From: Azolla caroliniana
Taxonomy: Eukaryota > Plantae > Polypodiophyta
Assembly: GCA_043228905.1 (NCBI GenBank)
Contig: JBHGNT010000765.1
Span: forward strand, 1 to 16,018
Length of the DNA: 16,018 nucleotides
Direction of reading: 5' to 3'
Each line of letters opens with the position of its first letter. Within the stretch, counting starts at the first letter, position 1. The notes below the pieces were generated by a model. It did no database searches. It had not been told where the DNA came from and saw nothing but the letters and a program-made list of their open reading frames with translations. The translations under genes were made by a program, and so were the position numbers. Positions 1 to 9,320 of the stretch are shown in pieces.

Positions 1-2
1 AG

Positions 3-2951
3 CTGAAGATCGGTGGGGGCGGGTTCCTACTGCCGGCGGAGGAAGACCGGTTTCGGAGAATGCTCGGAAGGCACGGGAAAGCCTTCGCATTCTCGCCGGA
101 GGAAATCGGGTGCGTGGACCCGACGATCGTAGAGCCGATGGTGATATTCACGGTACCGCATGTACCGTGGAATCTCAAGCCAATTTCGGTTCCGAGAGCT
201 CACATCCCGAAGTTGATGGAGCTGTTGAAGCAGAAAGTTGATATGGGCATTCTCGAGCCGTCGAGCGCCCCGTATTCAAACCGCTGGTTTACCGTACCAA
301 AGAAAAACGGATCATTGCGCTTCATTCAGGACCTGCAGCCGGTCAATAGAGTGACCATTCGGAACGCAGGGATCGGACCGACCATAGACGAGTTCGCGGA
401 GGCCTTCGCCGGAAGGTCGATTTACTCGGTCGGTGATCTATACTCAGGGTACGACCAGTTCCAGCTAGCCGTGGAGAGCAGAGACATTACGACGATGCGA
501 ACTCCCCTCGGCCTAGTGCGGATGTGTACGCTGCCGCAAGGAGGGACCAACTCGGTGGCCCACATGGTGAATGCGATGAACAAGGTGCTGAGGGACTGCA
601 TCCCGGACATCACCATGCCGTTTCTAGACGACATCCCGATCAAGGGATGCCCGGTAGAAGAGAAGGACGAGACGATCGGGCCGGACGGATGCCGGCGATT
701 CGTGATGACGCAGATCGACGACTGCGAGAAGGTGCTGCAAAGGCTAGAGGGTGCGAGGCTCACCTTCTCGGGGGAGAAATCAGCCTTCGGGCATTCGGAA
801 ATCATGGTGGTCGGACACTTATGTGGGCCATATGGCCGGAAACCGTCTCCGGCTAAGGTAGAAGCCATCTCCGCGATGAAGCCCGACTGCAGCTCGGTCA
901 CGGAAGTACGAAGATTCCTGGGGGCATGCGCATTCTACCACATATGGATCCCGCATTACGCCCACGTTGCGGATCCGCTATACGGATTATTGAAGAAAGG
1001 GCGAAGATTCGAATGGCTAGACAAGCACACGGAGTCGGTCCGGAAGCTGAAGGAGGCTCTTTCGGCAGCACCGGCGCTCCGAAAGGCCGTCTACAGGAAG
1101 GGCACCCCAGTGTACATAACGGTTGACACGAGTCCGACCGGAATCGGGTGGGTCGTCAACCAAGAAGACGAGGACGGCAATCGGTTTCCGATCCGATTCG
1201 GCGCGAAGGTCCTCAGTGAGCGGCAGCGAGGATACGCCCAGGTTAAACGCGAACTCTGGGGTATCGTTTCGGCGGTGAAGGCCGACAAGGACTATCTGAT
1301 CGGGACAGAGGTAATCATAGAGACGGATTGCATGCCGATTCTCGGCATGGTTTCCGGATGCGCGACGCCGGACCTGGCAATGCTCAGGTGGATAGCGTAC
1401 ATCAAGTCCCTGGACCCAGGAATACGACACATTTCCGGGAAAGACAACGCCATGGCCGACATGCTTTCAAGGGCGAGATTCGATGACGAGGGCGGCATGG
1501 TTTCGGAGGACGAAGAGGTCGGCGTGGACTTCTTCGAGACTGCGTATGTGACAACCGACGGAACAAGCACTTCGGCGCTTAACGACTTCGACGCGAGCAA
1601 GTACGACGGGGAGTGGCTGCAGATCGGTGGGTTTTTGAAGAGAATGACGCCCGATGCGTCATGGACGAAGGACGAGGCCAACCGGATCCGGAAGAAAGCG
1701 TACCGGTTCTTTCTCCGGGATGGATACTTGTGGAAGCACCCGAAGAAGAGGAACGGCGTCCCGCTCCGGGTGGTGGCAATGAAGGAAGATCAGGAGGAGC
1801 TGCTAGCGGCCTACCACGACAGCCCTTGGGCTGGACACCGTGGAACATGGGCTACGTTTGAGAAACTGAAGGGGAAGTATTGGTGGCCGGGGCAGTACCA
1901 GGACGTGCATCGGTTCGTGACAACTTGCGAGAGCTGTCAGATGCACTCCATAGTCCGACATCGAGACGAGCTTCACCCTACGTACCCTCCGGCCATTCAT
2001 TTCAAATGGATGGTAGATCTGGTAACGATGCCAATGGGAGTAGGACAGATGCGGTACCTGGTCCTAGCGCGGGAGGATCTGACGAACCAGGTGGAAGGCC
2101 GGGCCCTTCCGAACAAAACGACCGCGGCCGTATGTCGGTTCCTAATCGAGGACGTGATATGCCGGTACGGGTGCGTCGGGAAGATCGTGGCTGACCGAGG
2201 GGAGTTGGACGCCGAAGAAGCCGCAGAGCTGTTGGACCGGCTGGGAGTCAAGCTCTCGCTCACCACTGCGTACAATCCGGAGGCGAATGGAAAGGTGGAG
2301 CGCGGACACGGGCCGATTGTCAAGGCGCTGGTTCGAGCATGCGGAGGCCGAGTCGGTAACTGGCCGCGGCTGCTACCTTATGCTTTGTGGGCGGACAGGA
2401 CTACGCACAGTTCGGTAACCGGGTACATGCCGACAGAGCTCATGTTCGGCCAGAAGCCGATCATGCCGATGGAACGGACGATCTCCTCATGGGCAACGGT
2501 CGATTGGAGGGACGAGATGAGCCGGGAGGAGTTGTTGGCCGCGCGTATACGACAACTCGAGCGGAGACCGGGGGACGTGGAACTGGCTGCGGAGAAGCTC
2601 CGGGTGGCGAGGACAAAGAACAAAGCCAGGTTCGACCGAACGCACCGGCTCCGACCGAAGAAAATCGAAGAAGGTGACTGGGTGCTCGTCTACGATAGCA
2701 GCCTCGACAACCAGCACCGAGCCACACGGAAGTTCGCACAAAGGTGGTTCGGGCCTTACGTGGTACGGAGCGCCAATGACAACGAGACATATCACCTGGC
2801 GGAACTCGACGGCACGAGAGTGGCGATACCGGTTGCAGGGAAGCGGATCAAAACGTTCAAGAAGCGACACGACGACGAGCCAGACCCGGCTCTCCTAGTC
2901 AGCAGTGACGAACGATCCGAAAACGAGGAAGAACCGACGGGCGAGGAATGA
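3..2951 (+). CDS. pol: Pol polyprotein of element A (RT, RNase H, integrase), 5'-partial, uninterrupted
   Basis: Frame is open from base 3 (ORF track 60..2951). RT motifs DLYSGYDQF, LPQG and FLDD; RNase H VDTS...RELWG...ETDC...ADMLSR; integrase HHCC (YHDSPWAGH...CESC), D-D-E (MVDLV, VADRG, VERGH) and GPY (WFGPY); acidic tail, no chromodomain. Confidence 0.93.
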   Translation: MKIGGGGFLLPAEEDRFRRMLGRHGKAFAFSPEEIGCVDPTIVEPMVIFTVPHVPWNLKPISVPRAHIPKLMELLKQKVDMGILEPSSAPYSNRWFTVPKKNGSLRFIQDLQPVNRVTIRNAGIGPTIDEFAEAFAGRSIYSVGDLYSGYDQFQLAVESRDITTMRTPLGLVRMCTLPQGGTNSVAHMVNAMNKVLRDCIPDITMPFLDDIPIKGCPVEEKDETIGPDGCRRFVMTQIDDCEKVLQRLEGARLTFSGEKSAFGHSEIMVVGHLCGPYGRKPSPAKVEAISAMKPDCSSVTEVRRFLGACAFYHIWIPHYAHVADPLYGLLKKGRRFEWLDKHTESVRKLKEALSAAPALRKAVYRKGTPVYITVDTSPTGIGWVVNQEDEDGNRFPIRFGAKVLSERQRGYAQVKRELWGIVSAVKADKDYLIGTEVIIETDCMPILGMVSGCATPDLAMLRWIAYIKSLDPGIRHISGKDNAMADMLSRARFDDEGGMVSEDEEVGVDFFETAYVTTDGTSTSALNDFDASKYDGEWLQIGGFLKRMTPDASWTKDEANRIRKKAYRFFLRDGYLWKHPKKRNGVPLRVVAMKEDQEELLAAYHDSPWAGHRGTWATFEKLKGKYWWPGQYQDVHRFVTTCESCQMHSIVRHRDELHPTYPPAIHFKWMVDLVTMPMGVGQMRYLVLAREDLTNQVEGRALPNKTTAAVCRFLIEDVICRYGCVGKIVADRGELDAEEAAELLDRLGVKLSLTTAYNPEANGKVERGHGPIVKALVRACGGRVGNWPRLLPYALWADRTTHSSVTGYMPTELMFGQKPIMPMERTISSWATVDWRDEMSREELLAARIRQLERRPGDVELAAEKLRVARTKNKARFDRTHRLRPKKIEEGDWVLVYDSSLDNQHRATRKFAQRWFGPYVVRSANDNETYHLAELDGTRVAIPVAGKRIKTFKKRHDDEPDPALLVSSDERSENEEEPTGEE

Positions 2952-3009
2952 AGACGGGCCGGTTTTCTCCGTCCCAACTCTCTTGGCGCATACCGGAGGA
3001 TGCGCGGTT

Positions 3010-3022
3010 AGGTGGGGGCGGA
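3010..3022 (+). promoter_or_regulatory. Polypurine tract of element A
   Basis: AGGTGGGGGCGGA directly precedes the LTR start TGTCGTG; an identical tract lies at 8659-8671. Confidence 0.8.
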
Positions 3023-3819
3023 TGTCGTGAAGAAAACCGTCCATAGGCGGAATCGGCGCACCTAGGCGTGGGAACCGGTTCTTCACGCGCGCAAGCTCCA
3101 AGTTGTACATAGAAGCGAATTAGGAGGATAATCGGCAGGAACGGGCCCTAACACAAGTGGATACAAAGACCGCGCGAACAGTCCTTTCGGTCGCGCGCGC
3201 GAGCGAAGGAACTGTACGAGTCGGCGGCGTAACTACGCGGACGCGTGAAGGACGGAGCGGATCCCTGTCAAAAAGGGACAGGGAATAAAGCTGACATGAC
3301 GGCCTGCTCGTCGGCCTATATAAGGAGGAGGAAAGAGCTGTTGCAGGCATCTCGCGCAGAGAGGACGAAGTGCTGTCGGACCGTTTCTGGACGCTTCTCT
3401 CTCTGTTTCCTTCCTTCTAGAGCTCCATAGCTTTTCTGTGCAGGGTTCCGAGGAGGCTCGCGCTGTTTCGAGGAACGCCCGAGTGCTTCCGGCAGCACCT
3501 CCGACCGACCTGCTACCCCTTTGTGCGTCGAAGCGAACAGGCATCGGCATCTGTTCGCCGGCCTGTTCGGTTGTAACCAACTTGTGCCCCATCGAGGGTT
3601 GTAGTCGTGTTAGCCATTTTTCTTAATATACATATTTAGTCATTCGCATCTGTCTGTGTCGGTGTCTGTTCGCGTTCTCCGTGCTGAAGGGCCGTGTCCC
3701 TGTGTATCCCCGGTCCTGCGTAGCCGGTTCTCTCTCTTTCTCCTCCCTCGCTTGCTCTTTGGTTCGAGACCCCCGCGGTCCCGCCTCGTTTCCACACGCA
3801 CTTGCGTAATATCTCGACA
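3023..3819 (+). repeat. 3' LTR of element A (797 bp)
   Basis: Starts TGTCG and ends CGACA (terminal inverted repeat); TATATAA at 3317-3323; first ~70 bp and post-TATA half resemble the B LTR at 8672-9318. Confidence 0.9.
3317..3323 (+). promoter_or_regulatory. TATA box of LTR A
   Basis: TATATAAGGAGGAG; the same TATA-plus-purine-run motif occurs in LTR B (8845), LTR C (12059) and LTR E (minus strand, about 13884-13890). Confidence 0.7.
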
Positions 3820-3976
3820 GCGTCTTCTGTGTTGACAGGCCGTGCCCCTGTGTTTCTTTGCTCATATGTGACCGGGCGTCTCTCTCTTTCTCTTTCCCCT
3901 TCTATCACTTGCTCTTCGGTTCAAGACCCCGGTGGTCCCGCCTCGTTTCTCCACGCACGCGCGTAACAACCCGACA
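3820..3976 (+). repeat. 3' 157 bp (U5 end) of the 5' LTR of element B
   Basis: Colinear with 9162-9318 with 5 mismatches in 157 bp by manual count; ends CGACA and is followed by CATT and the PBS. Confidence 0.93.
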
Positions 3977-3980
3977 CATT

Positions 3981-3998
3981 TGGTGAACCCGACGTGAA
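3981..3998 (+). promoter_or_regulatory. Primer binding site complementary to the 3' end of cytosolic tRNA-Trp
   Basis: TGGTGAACCCGACGTGAA is the reverse complement of TTCACGTCGGGTTCACCA, which matches the 3' 18 nt of plant tRNA-Trp(CCA) as I recall it; it lies 4 nt after the LTR end. Confidence 0.85.
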
Positions 3999-4020
3999 AC
4001 AGGCGGCAGAGGAGCAGAAG

Positions 4021-6147
4021 ATGAGGGGGTCGGATCTTGCAGAGGCCATGGCTTCGGCCATGGACCGGATAGTGAGCGCGCGCGAGGGCACCGACGCCCT
4101 TGATAGGGCTATTGAGGCGATCATCGGTATGATCGGCCGGTTCAGTGGAAAGGATGCCATGAGTTATTTGGCGTCCTACCGGGCGGAGATGTTGATGAGG
4201 GATATTCCGGAAGAGAGGCGTCTTGCCGGATTCCCTCGAGTGGCGATGCCAGGCATCCATGCGGTGGTGCTCGAGGTCCGGGCGGAGAGCCGGACCTGGG
4301 AGGAGTTCGAAGGACAGCTCCTGGAGAAATACGGGCTGGATGACGCGCTTCGACTTTCGAAGCGGAGCTTCATGGAGTGGGTGGAGTCCCCCAACAAAGG
4401 AAGAAATGCGTCAGTACTCCTCCGGGAGTTTGAGGAACGCTTTGCGCGCCTTTCGGCGCTCGATCAGACCGTTCTGGACACAAGTCGTGTCCTACTGTTT
4501 GTCAAATCGGTTGACGCACGGGATCGGGGGCAAGTGGGCTCCTTACTGGAAACCGAAGACGGGCTGACGACCGATTGGGCTGCGGTAAAGAGAGTCTGCG
4601 GCCGTTTTGAGAAACGGTGGGAGTGGGCTGATACAGAGGCGACCGGGGCGGGACCTTTCGCGGCAAGGAAGCTCGAACCGGTACCACAGGCGCGAAGGGA
4701 AGAGAACCGGGAGTGGCTCGAAACCGGTTCGTCTTCGACCGGCGTGATCAGAGGCTCGTCCGGGGGAACAGCTCTGGAGGAGTTGACACGGGCGGTAAAG
4801 GATCTCCAGATCGCCCAGGCTCGGAGGGAAGGCGGCGATCAGGCTCGTGACCGACGGGCTCCGGCAGGAAGTAGGTGTATGTGGTGCGACGAGGTCGGCC
4901 ACATCCGGAAAGATTGCGGGGACTTTATGGAGGCTTTGAGAAGCCGGGTAGTGTACCTGTGGGAAGGTCGGGTGCACGCCAGTGATACCTGGAGGGCCCT
5001 GAACCGAAACGACGGGAGAGGGGGAATGAAAAGGCTGATGGAAGAGGCGGCTGCCCGGCACGCGGAGACCGTCCACTACTCAGTGTCAGCTGGTATTCGG
5101 GTCGGGGGCAGCGGGGCCCGGAAGGAGAGCAAAGCCGAGTTCTAGCCGACGGTGCTGGAAGGCCTCGCCAGTGCTCGACTAAAGAGAGATGAGGCGGTCC
5201 GCGCTAAGAAGCGGGTCCAGGACGTAACCGGGTGGAGTGACCCGGTCGAAGAAAAGACGAGTTTCGTCGAAGCAGCTTGCAACAACTACGAGGCTCTGGT
5301 TGAAGACAAATGGGTAGGTAAGATCGGAGGGGCCGGGCCCTCACAGAGATACGAAACCCGATTTGGACCGAAACGGAACGAGGCCGGTGAGTCCAGTGCC
5401 TGGGATAACCACAAGAAGGGCGGATACCGTTTGGGCACGGAGATCGAAAGGACCACGGACCTGCGAAAGGTCCTGGAAGAACGAATCCTCGACAACAAGG
5501 TGGAACTGTCGTTGCGGGAGGTGCTCGGGATCGCCAAGAAGGAGTTCCACGACTCCATCGTGGACTTGGTGAAGAGGAAGAGGCTGTCGACGGAGGCAGA
5601 ACCGGAGAGGCCGGTGGAAGTGCGGACGGCGCACATAGAGGACATGGCGCTGGAAGACGAGTGGGCGGAGAGCCACTATTCGAGGCCACACTGGGCCCGA
5701 GCGACCACGGAAACCCCGGTGAAGATCGGGGATGTTCAGGAACCGGTGGTGGCGCTGGTGGACCACGGTTCGGAAATAAACCTGATGTCCATGGACTTCT
5801 ACAAGAAGGGGAAATGGCCGATCAACACTAAGCACGGGTGGAAGATACGGGCGGCGACACGCGCCACCGAGGAGCTACACGGGGCCTGCCCAAACATGCG
5901 AGTCAAGATCGGCGACGTCGAGATAGACCGGAACTTCTTTGTGCAGGAAACGTCCTCGCACCTGGTCATACTAGGGGAACCGTACATTACGGCAGCGCGA
6001 ATGGAGACCAAGGTGCTGGACAACGGGTCGGCTTACGCGAGGGTCAAAAGTCAGGACGGGCGTCATACGGTCCAGTTCCTGACGGTGCGACCGAACCACG
6101 AGCGAAACCGCGAATCCCTCGGTGGCAAGAACCGAGAGGATTTTTAG
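4021..6147 (+). pseudogene. gag: gag-protease ORF of element B with one in-frame TAG (5143-5145)
   Basis: ORFs 3994..5145 and 5152..6147 share one frame; first ATG at 4021; CCHC zinc knuckle CMWCDEVGHIRKDC; aspartic protease-like ALVDHGSEINLM...VILGEPY; the intervening region is reminiscent of DUF4100 (from memory, unverified). Confidence 0.85.
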
Positions 6148-6181
6148 AGAGGGCTGCCAAGGCGTGGGGCCGCGACAGTCC
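6138..6181 (+). promoter_or_regulatory. Candidate -1 programmed ribosomal frameshift signal
   Basis: G GAT TTT at 6138-6144 directly before the TAG of gag-pro; 6-nt spacer; stem GGGCTG (6151-6156)/CAGTCC (6176-6181); the -1 frame is open and leads into the sequence preceding RT. Confidence 0.65.
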
Positions 6182-6534
6182 GGACACTCCGGGAAAACCC
6201 CACAAATGTACGATAGAAGCGAAACCGAAGAAACCTTGTACCATAAGTAGGAAGTTTTGTTTCTCCGACAACGGAGGGTGTACGATAGTCGGCGTCGTAG
6301 GCCAAGAAAAGACAATGGCGGAAGAGCGACTTCGGGCGTGCGGAGTTCTCGTGCCCAGCGAGGAAATCAACGGAGCCGTGGAGGCGGTCTCCTTCGACGA
6401 TACCTTGGGAATACTGCGAGAGGTGGTCGGAGAGGGCCTTAAAGAGGACCGGACGATACCGGTTCGTTCAGAAGAGATGTATGAAGTCATCGCGGACTTC
6501 AGTCGAGGGCTCGAGTCGGATCGGACGGCCCGGG

Positions 6535-6850
6535 TTAACACGAAGTACAAGATTGTGGACCGGAAGGTAAGGCCAGTCGCGGCACCCTTACCGGAGGGCA
6601 GCGAGTTGCGAATCGAGGGGGTCGCGTCGGACCCCAGTTTACGTGATCCGGCCTGCATAGGACACACCTTCACCGACAAAACGCTACGGGAGTTAACACG
6701 AAGTACAAGATTGTGGACCGGAAGGTAAGGCCAGTCGCGGCACCCTTACCGGAGGGCAGCGAGTTGCGAATCGAGGGGGTCGCGTCGGACCCCAGTTTAC
6801 GTGATCCGGCCTGCATAGGACACACCTTCACCGACAAAACGCTACGGGAG
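6535..6850 (+). repeat. Perfect tandem duplication, 2 x 158 bp
   Basis: 6535-6692 and 6693-6850 (TTAACACGAAGTAC...GCTACGGGAG) are identical by manual comparison. Confidence 0.95.
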
Positions 6851-8658
6851 CTCAAAATCGGTGGGGGCGGGTTCCTACTGCCGGCGGAAGAAGACCGGTT
6901 TCGGAGAATGCTCGGAAGGCACGGGAAAGCCTTCGCATTCTCACCGGAAGAAATCGGGTGCGTAGACCCGACAGTCGTAAAGCCGATGGTGATATTCACG
7001 GTATTGCATATGCTGTGGAATCTCAAATCGATTCCGGTACCGAGAGCTCACACCCCGGAGCTGATGGAGCTACTGAGGCAGAAAGTCGATATGGGCATCC
7101 TCGAACCGTCGAGTGCCCTGTACTCGAACCAGTGGTTTACCGTACCGAAGAAGAACGGGACGTTGCGCTTCATTCAAGACCTACAACCGGTCAACAGAGT
7201 GACCATTCGGAACGCAGGAATCGGACCGACGATAGACGAGTTCGCGGAGGCCTTCGCCGGAAGGTCGATCTACTCGATTGGTGATCTGTACTCGGGGTAC
7301 GATCAGTTCCAACTAGCCGTAGAGAGTAGAGACATTACGACGATCCGGACTCCTCTCGGCCTAGTGCGGATGTGTACCCTGCCACAAGGAGGGACGAACT
7401 CGGTGGCCCACATGGTGAATGCGATGAAGAAGGAACAGGAGGAGTTGCTGAAGGCCTACCACGATAGCCCCTGGGCTGGACACCGTGGGACGTGGGCCAC
7501 GTTCGAGAAACTAAAGGGGAAGTACTGGTGGCCGGGACTGTACATGGACGTACATCGGTTCGTGACAACTTGTGAGAGCTGCCAGATGCACTCCATAGTC
7601 CGACATCAAGACGAGCTTCACCCTACATACCCTCCGGCCATCCACTTCAAATGGATGGTAGATTTGGTGACGATGCCGATGGGCGTAGGGCAGATGCGAT
7701 ATTTGGTGCTGGTCCGGGAGGACCTGACGAACCAGGGGAAGGCCGAGCCCTGCAGAACAAAACGACCGCGGCCGTGTGTCGGTTCCTGATCGAGGACGTG
7801 ATATGCCGATACGGGTGTGTCGGGAAAATCGTGGCTAACCGCGGGGAGTTGGATACCGAAGAGGCCGAGGAGCTGTTCGACTGGTTAGGGGTCAAGCTCT
7901 CGCTCACCACAACGTACAATCCGGAGGCGAATGGGAAGGTGGAGCGCGGGCATGGACTGATCGTCAAAGCACTAGTCCGGGCATGTGGAGACCAGGTCGA
8001 GAATTGGCCACGACTGTTACCTTATGCCTTGTGGGTGGACCGGACAACGCACAGTTCGGTAACCGGGTTCATGCCGTCAGAGCTCATGTTCGGACAGAAG
8101 CCGATCATGCCGATGGAACGGACGATCTCCTCTTGGGCGACAGTAGAGTGGAGAGACGAGATGAGTCGGGAAGAACTACTAGCGGCACGTATACGGCAGC
8201 TCGAGCGGAGGCCAGAGGACGTGGAACGAGCGGTGGGGAGACTTCAGACGGCGAGGATGAAGAACAAAGCCCGGTTCGACTGAACGCACCGGCTCCGACC
8301 GAGGAAAATCGAGGAAGGCGACTGGGTGCTAGTCTACGACAACAACCTCGACAACCAGCACCGAGCAACACGGAAGTTTGCGAAGCGGTGGTTCAGGCCT
8401 TACGTGGTAACGAGCGCCAACGACAACGGAACGTATCACCTGGCGGAACTCGACGGTACGAGGATGGCGATACCGGTAGCAGGGAAGCGGATCAAAGTGT
8501 TCAAGAAGCGCCATGACGACGAACCAGATCTAAGAGGCCTGAACAGCGAAGACGAACAGTCCGAAACGGAGGACGAACCGATGGACGAAGAAACGGAACC
8601 CAGACCGGTTTTCTCCAACCAGAACCCAATTTTGGCACATACCGGTGGATGCGCGGTT

Positions 8659-8671
8659 AGGTGGGGGCGGA
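8659..8671 (+). promoter_or_regulatory. Polypurine tract of element B
   Basis: AGGTGGGGGCGGA, identical to the PPT of A and adjacent to the LTR start. Confidence 0.8.
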
Positions 8672-9318
8672 GGTCGTGAAGAAAACCGTCCCTTGGCGCA
8701 ATCAGTGGATAGCGCGCGTGAACCGAATCTTCACGTGTGCGCACCCTTAATGTATATAATAGGGAATTAAGTACAAAGGCATATCCGGGTAGTTGGATTC
8801 GGTAGGAAGGAAGTAAATGAGGGAGACGGCTCCCTTCTGGAAGCTATAAAGGAGAGGGAGACGCAGGGAGAAGGGATCGCGCATTGAGGAGGACGAAGTG
8901 CTGTCGGACTGTAACTGAACGCTTCTCCTCTGTCTGTTCTCTATTGCTCTTCTCTGCAGGTTTCGAGAGGCTCGCGCTGCTTCGAGGAACGCCCGTGTGC
9001 TTCCGGCAGCACCTCTATCCTATCCCCTTTACGTGCGCAGACGAACATGCATCGACATCTGTTCGCCGGCTTGTTCGGTCATAACCGCTCGCGTGCTCTG
9101 TTGTGTACTTGTTATTCGTTAATATACAAACACTTGTGTCTCCCTGTCTCTGTGTCCATTCGCGCCTTCTGTGTTGACAGGCCGTGCCCCTGTGTTTCTT
9201 TGCTCATACGTGACCGGGTGTCTCTCTCTTTCTCTTTCCCCTTCTATCACTTGCTCTTCGGTTCAAGACCCCGGTGGTCCCGCCTCGTTTCTCCACGCAC
9301 GCGCGTAACAATGCGACA
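8672..9318 (+). repeat. 3' LTR of element B (647 bp)
   Basis: Starts GGTCGTGAAGAAAACC (terminal T replaced by G relative to A) and ends CGACA; TATAAA at 8845-8850; last 157 bp match 3820-3976. Confidence 0.9.
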
Positions 9319-9320
9319 CC

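Larger units (their letters stand above)
1..3819 (+). mobile_element. Element A: Ty3/Gypsy LTR retrotransposon without chromodomain (possibly Phygy-like), 3' part; 5' end outside window
   Basis: RT-RNaseH-integrase order in one open frame, followed by a PPT and an LTR with TGTCG...CGACA termini. The sequence after 3819 resumes the LTR of element B. Clade name is an inference. Confidence 0.93.
6144..8679 (+). pseudogene. pol: Disrupted pol of element B (partial RT fused to integrase)
   Basis: 158-bp duplication causing a frameshift; 1203-bp in-frame deletion relative to A at about 7421-7428, removing FLDD and RNase H; 1-bp deletion near 7736 (CAGGTGGAA in A vs CAGGGGAA); CGA>TGA at 8281-8283. 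Confidence 0.9.
3820..9318 (+). mobile_element. Element B: defective Ty3/Gypsy LTR retrotransposon, same family as A; its 5' LTR is interrupted by A
   Basis: 5' LTR remnant, PBS, gag-protease, pol, PPT and 3' LTR in canonical order; pol aligns closely with A. Confidence 0.93.

Noticed and set aside
2952-3009. env-like or extra ORF between integrase and the 3' LTR
   Set aside because: Under 60 bp separate the pol stop and PPT in A, and in B, C and E the frame runs into the LTR, leaving no room.
3665-3976. Apparent tandem duplication of an LTR end, or one shared LTR between tandem elements
   Set aside because: The second unit matches the B 3' LTR (152/157) far better than it matches the first unit, and the junction falls exactly at A's terminal CGACA, so insertion of A into B's LTR explains it.
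5143-5145. Programmed stop-codon readthrough between gag and protease
   Set aside because: A single TGG>TAG transition in a CHG context explains it, the element has several other lesions, and there is no CARYYA-type readthrough context. It would deserve reconsideration if the TAG is conserved in other copies.
422-8744. Many 60-210 aa alternative-frame and antisense ORFs over A and B, and similar ones over E
   Set aside because: They are expected shadows of GC-rich coding sequence and show no recognisable domains.
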